Translations under genes and position numbers: made by a program
Shown: positions 1-15,427 of the stretch, in pieces
Position numbering within the stretch: the first letter of the stretch is position 1
How the letters are laid out: every line of letters begins with the position of its first letter
Assembly: GCA_964016885.1 (NCBI GenBank)
Contig: OZ024749.1
Location: 36,394,001 to 36,458,000 of the forward strand
Direction of reading: 5' to 3'
From: Eledone cirrhosa
Lineage: Eukaryota
DNA length: 64,000 nucleotides
The notes under the pieces: generated by a model
Seen by the model: only the letters and a program-made list of their open reading frames with translations
Database searches by the model: none
What the model was told of the DNA's origin: nothing

Positions 1-310
1 AACACCCTAGAAACCTCCTGTGTTGTACAATCTTTTAAAAGACCAGCTAAAACCTATATAGGTATAAGCTGTAACATTATAGGATTTGGGTCCCTATAAT
101 TAAAACACCCAAGAAACCTCCTATGTGATACAACCTTTTAGAAGACCAGCTAAAACCTACATAGGTATAAGTATAAGCTGTAACAACAACATTATAGGAC
201 TTGGGTCCCTATAATTAACACACCTAAGAACCCTCCTATGAATTATAACTTCATATGAGACCAGCTACACTTATATTCAAGTGTGAGTTGTAATAACATG
301 ATAGGACTGA
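1..310. repeat. ~105-bp degenerate tandem repeat, about 3 units
   Basis: gaccagctaaaacct...ttgggtccctataatt recurring. Confidence 0.8.
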
Positions 311-3096
311 AGTTACTACCTGTATACAGTTGTGAGCTGTAAATTTAATTTTTTTTTTTTTGTTTATTGCTTTACCTCTTTAGTTTCCCTTTTTCTCCAT
401 AACCATTAGTCTCCATTCTTTAACCCTATTCTTCACATTTGTTCAACCTCCAACCCCGGATTTTAACACTATACCAATATTTCTTCGGCTAATTCTTATG
501 CTATATTTTCATCCATTCTTTTGTTGTTTAGAGGGATAAATTTTTTGGAAATATCACCTGAAATATAAAGCAGTCTCCGTTTGTCATTTTCGGAAATGGT
601 TAGAACATTTCCAGAAATTCTTGCTATTATCTAACATCACGTCTTTAGAGCTATAACAACATAAAATAAAAAAAAAATGTACTTTTCCTTATTGATTCTG
701 TTTTCCATCTTTTACTGTTCTTCATTGATGTGGTTCCTTCTCAGAATGTATTTACTGGTTGTGGTGATGGTTGGTGGTGGTGGTAGTGTTGGTGGTGATG
801 GTTGGTGGTGGTGGTGATGGTTGGTGGTGGTGGTAGTGTTGGTGGTTCACGTAATGATGGTGGTTGGTGTTGCAGTGATAGTAGTTATTAGTGTAGGGGT
901 TGTAGTGGTGGTGGTGGTTGCTGTAGCAGTGGTGGTAGTGGATGTCAACTGCTATCACAAACTTCTAACTTGATGGCTGTGACATTACTACATTATGACA
1001 GCTTTCTAGTTGTTGTTGTAGTGTTGTTGTTGTTGTGTTGGTGGTGTTGTGGTGGTGGTGTTGTGGTGGTGGTGTTGTGGTGGTGGTGTTGTTGTGCTGG
1101 TGGTGTTGTTGTTGTGCTGGTGGTGTTGTGGTGGTTGTGTGGTAGTGGTGGTGTTGTTGTGTGGTAGTGGTGGTGTTGTTGTGTTGTTGTTGTGGTGGTG
1201 GTGGTGGTTGTGATGTGCTGGTGGTGGTGTTGCTGTGCTGGTGGTGTTGTTGTGGTGGTGGTGGTATTGTGGTGGTGGTTGTGTGGTGGTGGTGGTGGTG
1301 GTGTTGTTGTGGTGGTGTTGTGGTGGTGTTGTTGTGGTGGTGTTGTGCTGCTGCTGGTGGTGGTGTTGTGCTGCTGCTGGTGGTGGTGGTGTTGTGCTGG
1401 TTTTGTTGTGGTGGTGTTGTGGTGGTGGTGGTGGTGTGGTGGTGGTGGTGTTGTGGTGGTGGTGTTGTTGTGGTGGTGGTGGTGTTGTAGTTGTGGAGCT
1501 GCTAGTGTTTTAGGAGACATGATGTGAGGGTTACATGACAAGTTCTCTGTTCCCACTCTTGCGTTCTTTTTATCATTTCTGATATTTCAGAAAAATAGTA
1601 TTCTATTCAGTAGGGTATATAAACGGTGGTGGGTCAGGATATAAAACGTGGTAGGGGTGGATAATGATATTTTTTCTTTGTCTTTCTTTTCTCTCATCCC
1701 CCTCTTCCTGTCCCTTTTCTTCCCCCTCTTACTCCTCTGTTGAGGGATTGTGATAGTAAATATCAGATTTTTTCCAACCACTGACTCTGCTGATACTTCT
1801 AGCTACATCTGGAATGGTAGGAATATCTGATGGAGATTGTTGACAGGTAAAGGGTTGGCATGGTGGAAGTTTGGATGGTTGGATAAATGGATGCTTGGAT
1901 GGTTGGCTGGATGGTTGATAATCAGATGGGTGGTCCGCTGATGGTTGACTGTATGATTGATATGATGGAGAGAAGAAAGATGTATCATGGGATTGTTAGA
2001 TATATTTGTGTCACTCTGGGGAGGGAGGGAGAAAGAGAGCTGAATGCTCTTCCTGTCCCTTTCCTCGCCAACCTTATATTATGATGTATGTTATAAACCT
2101 GTTGGGGGTGGAAGCAACTACATACAGCCTGTTGTTGTTGTCATCTGCCTGAGTTCATATCACCAATACTATCACCTCTACCCACCATGACCTCACACTT
2201 CTATGCCACAACTACCCCACCACCACCACCACCACCACTACCATCTGCAATCCCCAAAAGTCTATCAAACATTTAGTTTTAACAATACTGTTCCATAATC
2301 CATAACCATTTATCAACATTACCACCACCACCACCACCACCACCACCCATTGTCAGAAAGAATGTCAAACAACACACATACACACAGACATGCACATACA
2401 CACACTCACGTTCACACATGCTATATACTCTGTTTACTTTACATATGATAAACACACACACACGCACACACCTGTCACCACATTCATAAACAGCTGTGTA
2501 ATTATCGATGGAATTAATCCATCCATGACCCCTCACCCCTACCCCCCCTATCTTGCCCCCCTCCCCCCCATCTCCCGCCACCACCCATGTCGTCTCCAAT
2601 ATTCCCACAGTGATCAGTGTCCAGTGTTAAACCAAACATCACACTGGTGATATTTAATTGTTTAAGCTGTGAAGAATTGTTCTTGGAAATCTGGAGGTTT
2701 ACCATTATTGCTGTGGTGTGATGAACCAGGCACCATCTCCTCCCTCCCTCCCCCTACACTCATCACCACCACCACCATAATCACCACCACCACCACCACC
2801 ACCTGCAGTCCTCAGTTGCATTCCTACTCCTACTCCTCGTTGTCTCTTGTGTTTGTTTTGTGTTTTATATTCTATATAAATGGTCAGTAATTAGAATTAG
2901 ATTGAAGAATTAATAGGATGGAACCTGTGTAAACAGCAGCAGTAGTATCACTACCATCACCATCGCCATCATTATCACCACCTTCTTCTAACCACTATCA
3001 GGATTTCTACCATCACCCCATTCTCTCCTCCATCATCATCATCATCATCATCATCATAATCATTAGCAACACTAACATTATTGCCAATATATATAA

Positions 3097-3290
3097 GGGC
3101 GGTGGATTGGCAGTATCGGTAGAGGGTCGGACGCCATGCTTTGACCCATTGAGTTATGGCCCTTGCCATTCTGAGTTCAAATCCCGCCGAGGTTAACTTT
3201 GTCTTTCACATCCTTATGGGGTCGATAAAATAAAGTACCAGTAATGGACTGTTTAATTGTTGGCCATGTGCCAAAAGTAGAAACAATTAT
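3097..3290 (+). mobile_element. tRNA-derived SINE family A; many other copies (14124, 25620, 32236-32645, 33113-33500, 38095-, 39190-39556-, 41907, 42186-, 47150, 51955-52662, 60860-61450)
   Basis: Pol III A box tggcagtatcggtagag, B box gagttcaaatcc, conserved gcctttcatccttacggggtcgataaaataaagtaccag body. Confidence 0.88.
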
Positions 3291-3402
3291 TACAACAATA
3301 TATTACTGACTATCATTAATATTTTTGACATGGTCTCTATGGCTGGATGCCCTTCCTAAGACCATTTGTGAATATATATATATATATATATATATATGGA
3401 GT

Positions 3403-3754
3403 GGAGGCACATGGCTTAGTGGTTAGAGCATTGGCCTTGCAATCGAAAGGTTGTGAGTTCAATTCTCAGACCGGGTGATGTGTTGTGTCCTTGAGCAAGA
3501 CACTTTATTTCACATTGCTCCAGTTTACTCAGCTGTAGAAATGAGATGATAGGGACTGGGGTCCCTATCATTCCACTGCAAAGTGGTCGTGGAGGTGCCA
3601 CGGCAAAAAAGCACCCAGCACTCACTGTAAATGAGGTTGGTGTTAGGAAGGGCATCCAGCTGTAGAAATCAAGCCAGAATCAGTTCCCGTCCCACCCTTG
3701 CAAGCAGGGAAAAGCGGACGTAAAATGAAATGATGATGATGATGATGAATGATG
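3403..3754 (+). mobile_element. tRNA-derived SINE family B (copies 21599-21938, 28469-28590, 28959-29210, 29268-29583, 30020-30357 on - strand)
   Basis: A box tggcttagtggttagagc, B box gagttcaattc, central tgtccttgagcaagacactt, RTE-like (tga)n tail. Confidence 0.88.
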
Positions 3755-3891
3755 ATATATATAAGAAATGTAAGCTATCGCCATATTTTGACTAAAGAAA
3801 TTAAAGAAATTATTTAGCCTGATAGTGGGGTTTAAGAACCCTCGGAGTAATGGAAAAAGATGAGTATTGACGTACATGTTTCGAAAATATT

Positions 3892-3932
<41 letters not shown>

Positions 3933-4358
3933 CTTTAAGGAGTGACACCAGTCCAGCTTCTTGTTATTTTATAATAATTAACTCGATAGTCGCACCACCG
4001 ACAACACATATGAAGACAGATGAGTTCCATTACATAGAGTGCTCTCCCTAATATTACATCGAAGTTGACCATACGGAATGACCAGTTCTATCCAGTGGTG
4101 AACCAACAAACTTAAATGTATATATATAGTAATAATAATAATAAATGTGAATACTAAAATCCAAAGAGGGCTCGATAAGGATAAATATATATCAAATATA
4201 TAAGAACCCTAGAGCAAATATTTATTAAAATAACAGATTAAAGTTTAAGCAAAGAATCGCATTAGAATAATGCAACTTCCATTTAAATCAACTTTTTAAA
4301 TGGAAGTTGCATTATTCTAAGGTATGTCAAAATTATTTATAAAACAGCTTGTATATTG

Positions 4359-4424
4359 TATTTTGTCTGAGGAAGGCAAACCATATTTTTAATATGATAT
4401 CCCAGAAATATATATAACGAAATA
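4359..4424 (+). ncRNA. Type-I minimal hammerhead ribozyme motif (family H1)
   Basis: TATTTTGT-CTGAGGA-stem II-GAAA-TATATA-TA-ACGAAATA: 8-bp stem I, palindromic stem III, AUA triplet. Confidence 0.7.
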
Positions 4425-4799
4425 AATATGGTTTTATAAATATAGTTTCCATTTGTTTAATATCGTATATATATGTATATATTTATGCATGTATTATGTT
4501 GTTCAGAAATTAATGCAGGTTTTTAACCCTTTAGTTACCAACCCTACCAAAACTGGTTCTGGTTCTATGAAATATAACCACCCATTTTAAAGGTTTCCAA
4601 TTTAAATTAAAATCTCCCAACATAATTTTATATAAGCACCTTACATTAAGTTACTATCTTAGTAATGAAATAATTAATTTTTTTAGTAAATCACTGAAAA
4701 TTCTTCATTAATTAATTGTAATAGAGTGTATTTCATTAGAAATGCAGTCATGAAAGGGTTAAACATTAAATTTAAAATGACATATCTCAATCAAGAATA

Positions 4800-5367
4800 A
4801 ATTTTATTAATCAAAATAAAAAAAATTAGAATCTACACATTTTTGCCAACAATTTTTCTGGTTTTCAGTAAATTGATTTGGTACTCATTTTTCAAAGCCT
4901 TTTCAACTTACCAATTCAGTTCAAATGTTCATAAACTGTCCAAATTCTTACATCTAATTCTCCTGCAAGCTCTTGAACAGTTGTGCAAGGATTTGCTTCC
5001 AGCAAAGCATTCAATTTTCTACCATCAATGGTAGGAGACCACTTATGACCTTCCTTACCTTCGTTAGTTAATTCACCACAACAGAAATTTTGAAACCAAC
5101 ATTGCATTGCATTCGTTAACACTTCCTGGGCCCCAAACTTCAGGATTTTTACCAAATTTACAAACAGTAAGAAACATCAATGTTTTGTCATCTTCAAAGA
5201 TCTGAAAATTGACAAACATGCAATTTATTTTAAAAAGAAGGAGCATAAAATGTGTTTTAATGATACATAATTTTCCATATCTTGCATACATTTTTATTCT
5301 TAAAAACAATATTGAAACAAAAAAAAACCCCCCATGAAACTTGAATTAATCTCTGAACAATCTAATA
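4800..5367 (-). mobile_element. Degenerate mariner transposon remnant
   Basis: WFQNF..G.....DGRKLNALLEANPCTTVQELAGELDVRIWTVYEHL resembles the mariner HTH region; TIR-like tattagattgttc at 5367. Confidence 0.75.
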
Positions 5368-5381
5368 AACACACACACACA

Positions 5382-5482
5382 CAGGGTGTCCCAAAAAATG
5401 TATACACACTTCAACAGCATTCTAATAAATATTGCCCATACAGGTAATCAAAACGTGTATACATTTTTGGGGCGACACCCTG
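5382..5482. mobile_element. Tc1/mariner-type MITE (copy at 12605-12703; interrupted copy 41845-42472)
   Basis: TIRs cagggtg...aatgtatacac / gtgtatacatttttgg..gacaccctg; TA-flanked at 12605. Confidence 0.75.
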
Positions 5483-6119
5483 TGTATATGTATATATATA
5501 GAGAGAGAGAGATGTGTATGCATCAATACATGTAAGTTTGTAGTCAGTATAAATGTTACACATGCCTGTATATGAATACTGCTATGTTATTACATTACAT
5601 TACATTACATACATACATGTATACCTAGATACACATGGAGATTTGAATTGTGAGGGAGACTTAATAGTGGATGAGATCTTATAGAGTTTGTGGTGACATC
5701 TGCCATCTCTTTAGCCGTCTTTTGGTGATTAGATATACTTGCTGACAGGTTGCCAACACTGACAGCAGACCACACATATTTTCCAAAGGCCATTGATTGA
5801 CCAGTAGTGGCTGTATAGATGTTACAGCATATTCCCATCACTAGTGGACATTCCAGCATATGTATGTATGTATGTATGGTATGTATGTACATATATATAT
5901 ATATATATGGATGTTTCTATGCATGTATGTGTGTATGTATGGACTTACACACACATACACACATACAGTCTTTATCAATATTGTAATCATAGTTGGTGGT
6001 GGGTGGTGAAGTTAAGCGAGGCGGCGTTGGGTATCTCTTTGAAATCTCATCAGCCACACTTAGGAGATTTTGGTGTATTATATCTATAGATGCTGGCTTA
6101 TCAAAACATCAACTAGATC

Positions 6120-6215
6120 AATATATATATATATATCAGCATCATCATCATCATTATAGATGTGTGTGTGTGTGTGTGTGCTTGTGTATATATTCATATA
6201 TATGTGTGTGTGTCT

Positions 6216-6253
<38 letters not shown>

Positions 6254-6470
6254 CTGTGTATATATATATGTGTGTGTGTGTGTCTGTGTATATATATGTG
6301 TGTGTGTCTATGTGTATATATATATATGTGTGTGTGTCTATGTATGTATGTATATATATATATATATACATATATATTTGTATATATATGTGTGTCTATG
6401 TATGTGTGTGCGTGTATTTGTGTATATATATGCGTGTGTCTATGTAAGTATGTGTGTGTATATATATATG

Positions 6471-6504
<34 letters not shown>

Positions 6505-6522
6505 TATACATATATATATACG

Positions 6523-6572
<50 letters not shown>

Positions 6573-6586
6573 CGTATATATATATG

Positions 6587-6632
<46 letters not shown>

Positions 6633-6644
6633 CGTATATATACG

Positions 6645-6686
<42 letters not shown>

Positions 6687-6718
6687 CACACACATACTTA
6701 CATATGTATATATATATG

Positions 6719-6749
<31 letters not shown>

Positions 6750-6830
6750 CTGTGTGTGTATGTGTGTATATATGTGTGTGTCTGTGTGTGTGTATATATA
6801 TATATGTGTGTCTATGTATGTGTGTGTGTG

Positions 6831-6872
<42 letters not shown>

Positions 6873-7630
6873 GTGTGTAGTTATATACACACCCTTAGTT
6901 ATATCTACCACCCAGGATATATAAATGTCTATTCTTCTGTACGTAGCTTCACCATTCTATACCACTTACCAATGTGTCTGATTGGGATTGTTCTAAAAAT
7001 AACTACACCACCACCACCACCACACTCCTCACATCACCACTACCACCACAACCATCACCACTGTCACCACCACTACTACCACCACAGTCCTCACTACCAC
7101 CACAACCACCACCACACTCCTCACCATCACCACTACCACCACAACCATCACCACTACCACCACAACCACCACCACAGTTCTCACCATCAACACTACCACC
7201 ACTACCACCACAACCATCACCACTACCACCACAACCATCACCACTACCACCACAACCACCACCACAGTTCTCACCATAACCACTACCACCACAGTCCTCA
7301 CCATCACCACTACCACCACAACCACCACCACAGTCCTCACCATCACCACCAGAACCACAACCACCGTCACCACAACCACCACCACAGTTCTCACCATCAC
7401 CACCACAACCACCACCACAGTTCTCACCATCACCACTACCACCACAACCACCATCACCACTACCACCACAGTCCTCACCATCACCACTACTACCACCACC
7501 ACCACCACTGTCACCACCACTACCACCACAGCCGTCACCATAATCACCACTACCACCACAACCACCACCACTGTCACCACCACTACCACCACAACCGTTG
7601 TACATCTAATGTACGCACTGTACCCAATAG

Positions 7631-7661
<31 letters not shown>

Positions 7662-7829
7662 CACCACATACATGCTTTAACACTGACGCACATCACAGCA
7701 CACACACCACAAGACACAAGCATACACACACACCACATAACACACACATACATCACAAGACACCAGCATACACACTCCCTACAAAACACACACACACTCC
7801 CTACATAATGCACGCACCACACAACACAT

Positions 7830-7878
<49 letters not shown>

Positions 7879-9739
7879 ACACCACACCACACATGCACAC
7901 ACACACACCACAACACATGCACACACACCACACAACACATGCACACACACACACACACACCACACAACACATGCACACACACCACACAACACATGCACAC
8001 ACACACACCACACAACACATGCACACACACACACACACACACCACACAACACATGCACACACACCACACAACCATGCACACACAACACATGCACACACAC
8101 CACACCACACAACACATGCACACACACACCACACAACACATGCACACACACCACACAACCATGCACACACACCACACAACACATGCACACACACCACACA
8201 ACACATGCACACACACCACACAACACATGCACATACAACACATGCACACACACACACCACACAACACATGCACACACACACACCACACAACACATGCACA
8301 CACACCACACAACACACCACACAACAAATGCACACACACCACACAACACATGCACACACACCACACAACAAATGCACACACACCACACACACCACACAAC
8401 ACACCACACAACAAATGCACACACACCACACAACAAATGCACACACACCACACACACCACACAACACACCACACAACACATGCACACACACCACACAACA
8501 AATGCACACACACCACACACACCACACAACACACCACACAACAAATGCACACACACCACACAACACATGCACACACACCACACACACCACACAACACACC
8601 ACACAACACATGCACACACACCACACAACAAATGCACACACACCACACACACCACACAACACACCACACAACAAATGCACACACACCACACAACACATGC
8701 ACACACACCACACAACAAATGCACACACACCACACACACCACACAACACACCACACAACAAATGCACACACACCACACAACAAATGCACACACACCACAC
8801 ACACCACACAACACACCACACAACAAATGCACACACACCACACAACAAATGCACACACACCACACACACCACACAACACACCACACAACACATGCACACA
8901 CACCACACAACAAATGCACACACACCACACACACCACACAACACACCACACAACAAATGCACACACACCACACAACACATGCACACACACCACACAACAA
9001 ATGCACACACACCACACACACCACACACACCACACAACAAATGCACACACACACACACACACCACACATTAAATTCTCTTCACAATCTCTTCACAATTCC
9101 AACTCATCTGTAACCGAATTCTACCTCAATTCTTTTACACCACCACCATTACCACCACCACCACCATTACCACCACCACCACCACCATTACCATCATCAC
9201 TATCATCATCATCATCACTACAAATTACCATCATCATCATCATCATCATCATTACCATCATTACCATCATCATTACTGTCATCACCATTACCACCATCAC
9301 CACCAATATCATTATCATCGCTACAAATCACCACCATTTTTACCATCATCACCATCATTAACATCATCATTACAAATCACCATCATGATCATCATCATCA
9401 CCATTATTCACTTCAGTTTATAATTAGTTGAGTAACTAATCCAGTCCTTGGTTAGGTTAGTAACAAGATGGTTGTTTAATTGTTAATTCTCATGTTAATT
9501 TTCATAGCTCTTTCATCACCCATCCTGTGACCTCCTCAATGACTAGCCTTGTTACTCTGCGTTTCCTCTTTGTTCTGTTTTACTTCATTTTGTGCGTGTG
9601 CTGTATATATATATATATATTGTATGTGTGCTGTATGTATATGTATATATATATATACATGTGTCTGTGTGCGTGTGTATGTATATATGTGTGTATGTAT
9701 ATGTGTATATGCATGTCTATATATATGTGTGTGTATATG

Positions 9740-9810
<71 letters not shown>

Positions 9811-10660
9811 GTGTGTGTGTGTGTGTATATGTATATATATATATGTGTATATGTATGTCTATATATGTGTGTGTATATGTATATATATATGTGTGTCTGT
9901 GTATATGTATATATATATGTGTGTCTGTGTATATGTATATATATATGTGTGTGTGTGTATATATGTGTATATGTATGTCTCTATATATATATGTGTGTGT
10001 GTGTATATATGTGTATATGTATGTCTCTATATATATGTGTGTGTGTGTGTATATATGTGTATATGTATGTCTCTATATATATGTGTGTGTGTGTGTATAT
10101 ATGTGTATATGTATGTCTCTATATATATGTGTGTGTGTGTATAATATATATATATGTGTGTGTGTGTGTGTATAATATATATATATACATACGTCTATTC
10201 CAACTGTACCATTTACTGTTCTTTTTCTTTACACATCACACTTTTTTTATCTATTTCTTTCTTCCTTTTCATCTTTCTCATCTTTTCCTTCTCGACCACC
10301 ACCATGAACATCATTATACCACCCCCCAAACCCCTCCACTATGCCACCACCACCACTAACAGCACCACCACCACCACTATACCACAACCACTATATAACC
10401 AGTACCACTATGCCACCACCACTACCAACACCACTACCACTATACCACAACCACTATATAACCAGTACCACTATGCCACCACCACTACCAACACCACTAC
10501 CACCATACCACAACCACTATATAACCAGTACCACTATGCCACCACCACTACCACTATACCACAACCACTATATAACCAGTACCACTATGCCACCACCACT
10601 AACACCACCACCACCGCCGCCATCACCACCACCACTAGTACTATACCACCAACACTCCCA
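6120..10660. repeat. Block of compound microsatellites and minisatellites (TA/TG, CAC, CA-rich, ~60-bp ACC unit)
   Basis: Direct inspection; source of many spurious ORFs. Confidence 0.92.
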
Positions 10661-11403
10661 CCATTATCTTCCACCACCAACAGCACCACCAGCAGTAGCC
10701 CTCCTAACAGAACTGCTCAGTCAATGTAGCGGAGGCCTTCAGTGGTACACACTACAACAAAAAATCAATATTGGTAGTTTAGCTGTGAATGTCTATAGCC
10801 AGATCTATAATCAATAGTCAATAATACTTAAGACAGCACGTTCTCACTGCTTGAATGGAACCACAGAGAAAAATATAAAAAAAATATTTTAAAAATCCTC
10901 CCCACAAAAAATATCAGAAAAATCACCAAATGTGGTGGCCAGCTGGAGCAATTTGCTATTATCACTGATAGGGAAGAAGAAAAAAAATGCTAAAAAAAAA
11001 TAGAATTATAGATAATGTCTATTAATGTTTTGTGATAATTTTATTTTTTTACTTTTCCATAATTATACTTTATTTTAGATAATTATATATTATTTACTCT
11101 GGATGTTCGGTATTTTGTTGTTGATTTTAATATATTTTGGTTAAAAATTGGCTTTTTTTTTTTTTTTTTTTGGTGGGGTGAAGGGGAGGGAGTGTGGTAG
11201 GTGAGCTGGGGATACGTGTCTGTTTGACTGTCTGGTAAAGAACATACATGACTTTATATATCATCAACATCGTTTAACATTGATGATGATGATGATGTAG
11301 TCATATACATACATATATATGTGATATATGTGTGTGTGTGTGTGTATGTATAGACATATATAAATATATATACACACATACATGTGTGTGTAGAGAGAGA
11401 GAG

Positions 11404-11441
<38 letters not shown>

Positions 11442-11647
11442 TATTGATTTTATATATATATATATACAAACACACACACACATATATATATGTATATATA
11501 TATACAAACAGACACTGACACACACACACACATATATCTATATATATATATATAATCGATCTATATCAAAGATATTGGCTCTATTCTCCTCTATTGTTGT
11601 AAAGAGGGATGTCTTTATTTTACAAGTTGTCCATTTTTATGGAACAC

Positions 11648-12145
11648 ACCACCCACGATATAACTCACCCCCTCTCCACACACACACCACCCACGATATA
11701 ACTCACCCCCTCTCCACACACACACCACCCACGATATAACTCACCCCCTCTCCACACACCACCCACGATATAACTCACCCCTCTCCACACACACACACCA
11801 CCCACGATATAACTCACCCCCTCTCCACACACACACCACCACCCACGATATAACTCACCCCCTCTCCACACACACCACCCACGATATAACTCACCCCCTC
11901 TCCACACACACACACCACCCACGATATAACTCACCCCCTCTCCACACACACACCACCCACGATATAACTCACCCCCTCTCCACACACACACCACCCACGA
12001 TATAACTCACCCCCTCTCCACACACACCACCCACGATATAACTCACCCCCTCTCCACACACACCACCCACGATATAATTCACCCCTCTCCACACACACAC
12101 CACCCACGATATAACTCACCCCCTCTCCACACACACACCACCCAC
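11648..12145. repeat. ~38-bp minisatellite (cacccacgatataactcaccccctctccacacacac)n
   Basis: About 13 near-identical units differing in CA run length. Confidence 0.93.
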
Positions 12146-12253
12146 TATATATATGTATATATATATACATATGTATATATATATATATATGTATATATGT
12201 ATATATATATATATATATATATACATATGTATATATGTATGTATATATATATG

Positions 12254-12287
<34 letters not shown>

Positions 12288-12505
12288 TATATATATGTAT
12301 ATATGTATGTATATATATATATGTATGTATGTATGTATGTATATATATATATGTATGTATGTATATATATATGTATATATGTATATGTATATATATATAT
12401 ATGCATATGTATATATGTATTTATGTATATATATATGTATATATGTATTTATGTATATATGTATATATGTATTTATGTATATATGTATATATATATATAC
12501 ATATG

Positions 12506-12552
<47 letters not shown>

Positions 12553-12703
12553 GCATATGTATATATGTATTTATGTATATGTATATCACATATATATATA
12601 TATACAGGGTGACCCAAATAATGTATACACACTTCAGCAGCATCCTAATAAATGTTTCCTGTACAGTTAATCAAAGTGTGTATACATTTTTGGAGACACC
12701 CTG

Positions 12704-12769
<66 letters not shown>

Positions 12770-12771
<2 letters not shown>

Positions 12772-13262
12772 CATCATCATTTTACGTTCGCTTTTCCCAG
12801 GACGGGTCCTATTCAGCACAGCATCTCTCCACTTGTCACGGTCCATTGTCATCTCCTCGGTGAGTTTCAGCGATCTGAGGTCTGCCCTCACCACCTCTTC
12901 CCATGTTTTTCGTGGTCTACCTCTACTGCGTCTTCCTTCTACTGGGATTTCTTGGCACTTCTTTACCCAGTGGTCATCCTCCATGCGCATCACATGTCCA
13001 TACCATCTCGGCCTTCTCTCCTGCACACCACAACTTATCCCTCTTATACCTCTTATACCCAGTTTCGTTCACGCACATTGACATTGCACATCCAACGGAG
13101 CACACTTGCTTCATTTCTCTCCAGCCATCGCATATCCTCTGCAGTTGCTGCCCATGTCTCACTACCATGCAGCATCGCGCATCTCACACAGGCATCATAT
13201 AACCGTCCTTTCGTACGCAGGGAGAAAGCCTTCTTTGTCAACAGAGGAAACAGCTCCCTAAA
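12770..13262 (-). mobile_element. RTE-clade LINE 3' fragment, frameshifted
   Basis: LYDACVRCAMLHGSETW and RWYGHVMRM...GRRSRGRPRKTW; tail ggaaaagcgaacgtaaaa(tga)n. Confidence 0.9.
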
Positions 13263-13650
13263 CTATACATACATATATATATATAAGCCATGTGTGGAAT
13301 CAATATGTATCTCTTTAGCTCTCTACCACATATTCTCCTCACAAAATTACTCCTCATCATTGCATTATTACATCATTGTATTATGTATTATTAAGAGTGG
13401 AAGCAGAGACTGGCAAATGGTGTTTTATTTTATTTAGTCTTTATGGTTTATTTGTTGTTGTTTTTACTTACATTACATACTTCAACACCTCCCCTTCCTT
13501 GTACTATTACAATACCTTTTGGTTTTGTTTTTTACTTACAAAATATATTTTAATATCTTGCCTCCATTATCTTAAATACTGCTATTGTACTATTTTAAAT
13601 GTACTTTTAACCTTAGAAACTTTGAAAAGTCACTCAAGTACTCACACGCA

Positions 13651-13728
<78 letters not shown>

Positions 13729-13859
13729 ATCTATCTTCACTTCTGATTACCATGAATTATGTCTTATTTCCAGCAATTGAAATTATTGATGGATGCTCAG
13801 TGGCATGTGTATTGTAGTACAAACTTGAGTGGTGTACTCACACACACATCATATATGTA

Positions 13860-13902
<43 letters not shown>

Positions 13903-14833
13903 TAGGAGAAGGAACACTCTGATATAACACCTGCAACCCTGATGGTATCCAATGATGTTGACTTGTTCTTCTTTTTTGGTAAATATCATCTTGGTTAAGA
14001 GAGTGGGACTGGCTTTGTGCAGTGCCTTTGCTCACTATAAAAGCTTCACGGTACAGGCATTGCTTTATATCTGGAGATCTCTCTGCACTTGTCGATTATT
14101 ATCATTATTATTATCATTATTATTCAAATCCCGCCGAGGTTAACTTTGCCTTTCATCCTTACGGGGGGTCGATAAAATAAAGTACCAGTAATACACTGGG
14201 ATAATTGCTGGCCTTGTGCCAAAAGTAGAAACAATTATTATTTCGATCTGGTTGAAGGTAGGGTTGGCTGTGGTGATAATGTAGGGTATATCTGGTTCGA
14301 GGGTGGATTGATGGAGAGTGGGGTAGGGCTAATGTTGGGTAGATAGATCTAGCAGAATTAGTCAGGGGAAGTCACTAGTAACTAGTGTTTATTTTTGATA
14401 ACAACTGTCTGAATTTACAAAAAGCTATCATTCAAGGAAAGCTTTTTACTAAATTAATCTGGTGGTGGTGGTTTTGGTGATGGTAATACTGGAATGGTGG
14501 TGTGGAGTGGGAATAATGGGCTGGTGGCAGTGGTGGCGGTAGTACTGAAGTGATGGTATGGTGGTGAGGGGGGGGGGGAGGGATATAATACTGTTCTTGG
14601 AGGTGATAGTGGTAGTATACTCATTGCCAACACCACAACCACTACACACCACCACCACCACCACCACCACTATACACAACCAACAACACCACCAAGCAAT
14701 ATATAACATGTTCAGTCACGTAGCAGAACTCTAAACAAGGATTTACTTGAGAGAGGAGGAAGATCTTGCATAATTTCTTCATTAGTTTTTAAGCCACACT
14801 GACACACACACACACACATGTATATGTATATAT

Positions 14834-14877
<44 letters not shown>

Positions 14878-15078
14878 ACACACACACATACATATATATA
14901 CACACACATACATATATATACATACATACATATATATATGTATATATATATGCATATCTCTCTCTCTCTATATATATATGCATATATATATATATATATA
15001 TATGCATATATATATATATATGCATATATATATACATATATATACATATATATGCATATATATATATATATATATATA

Positions 15079-15145
<67 letters not shown>

Positions 15146-15265
15146 GCATATATATATACATATATATATACATATATATATATATACATATATATATACA
15201 TATATATATACATATATATACATATATATATATGCATATGTATATATATATGCATATATATATGC

Positions 15266-15298
<33 letters not shown>

Positions 15299-15308
15299 CA
15301 CATACATA

Positions 15309-15381
<73 letters not shown>

Positions 15382-15392
15382 ATATACACACA

Positions 15393-15427
<35 letters not shown>

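Noticed and set aside
3403-3475. tRNA-like sequences at SINE heads
   Set aside because: Continue into SINE body and tail in many copies; not stand-alone tRNA genes
5993-10359. Long ORFs of 200-550 aa (YI/CV/HT-rich), and similar ones at 12-15 kb, 25.8 kb and 45-46 kb
   Set aside because: Translations of stop-free micro/minisatellites, open in several frames on both strands
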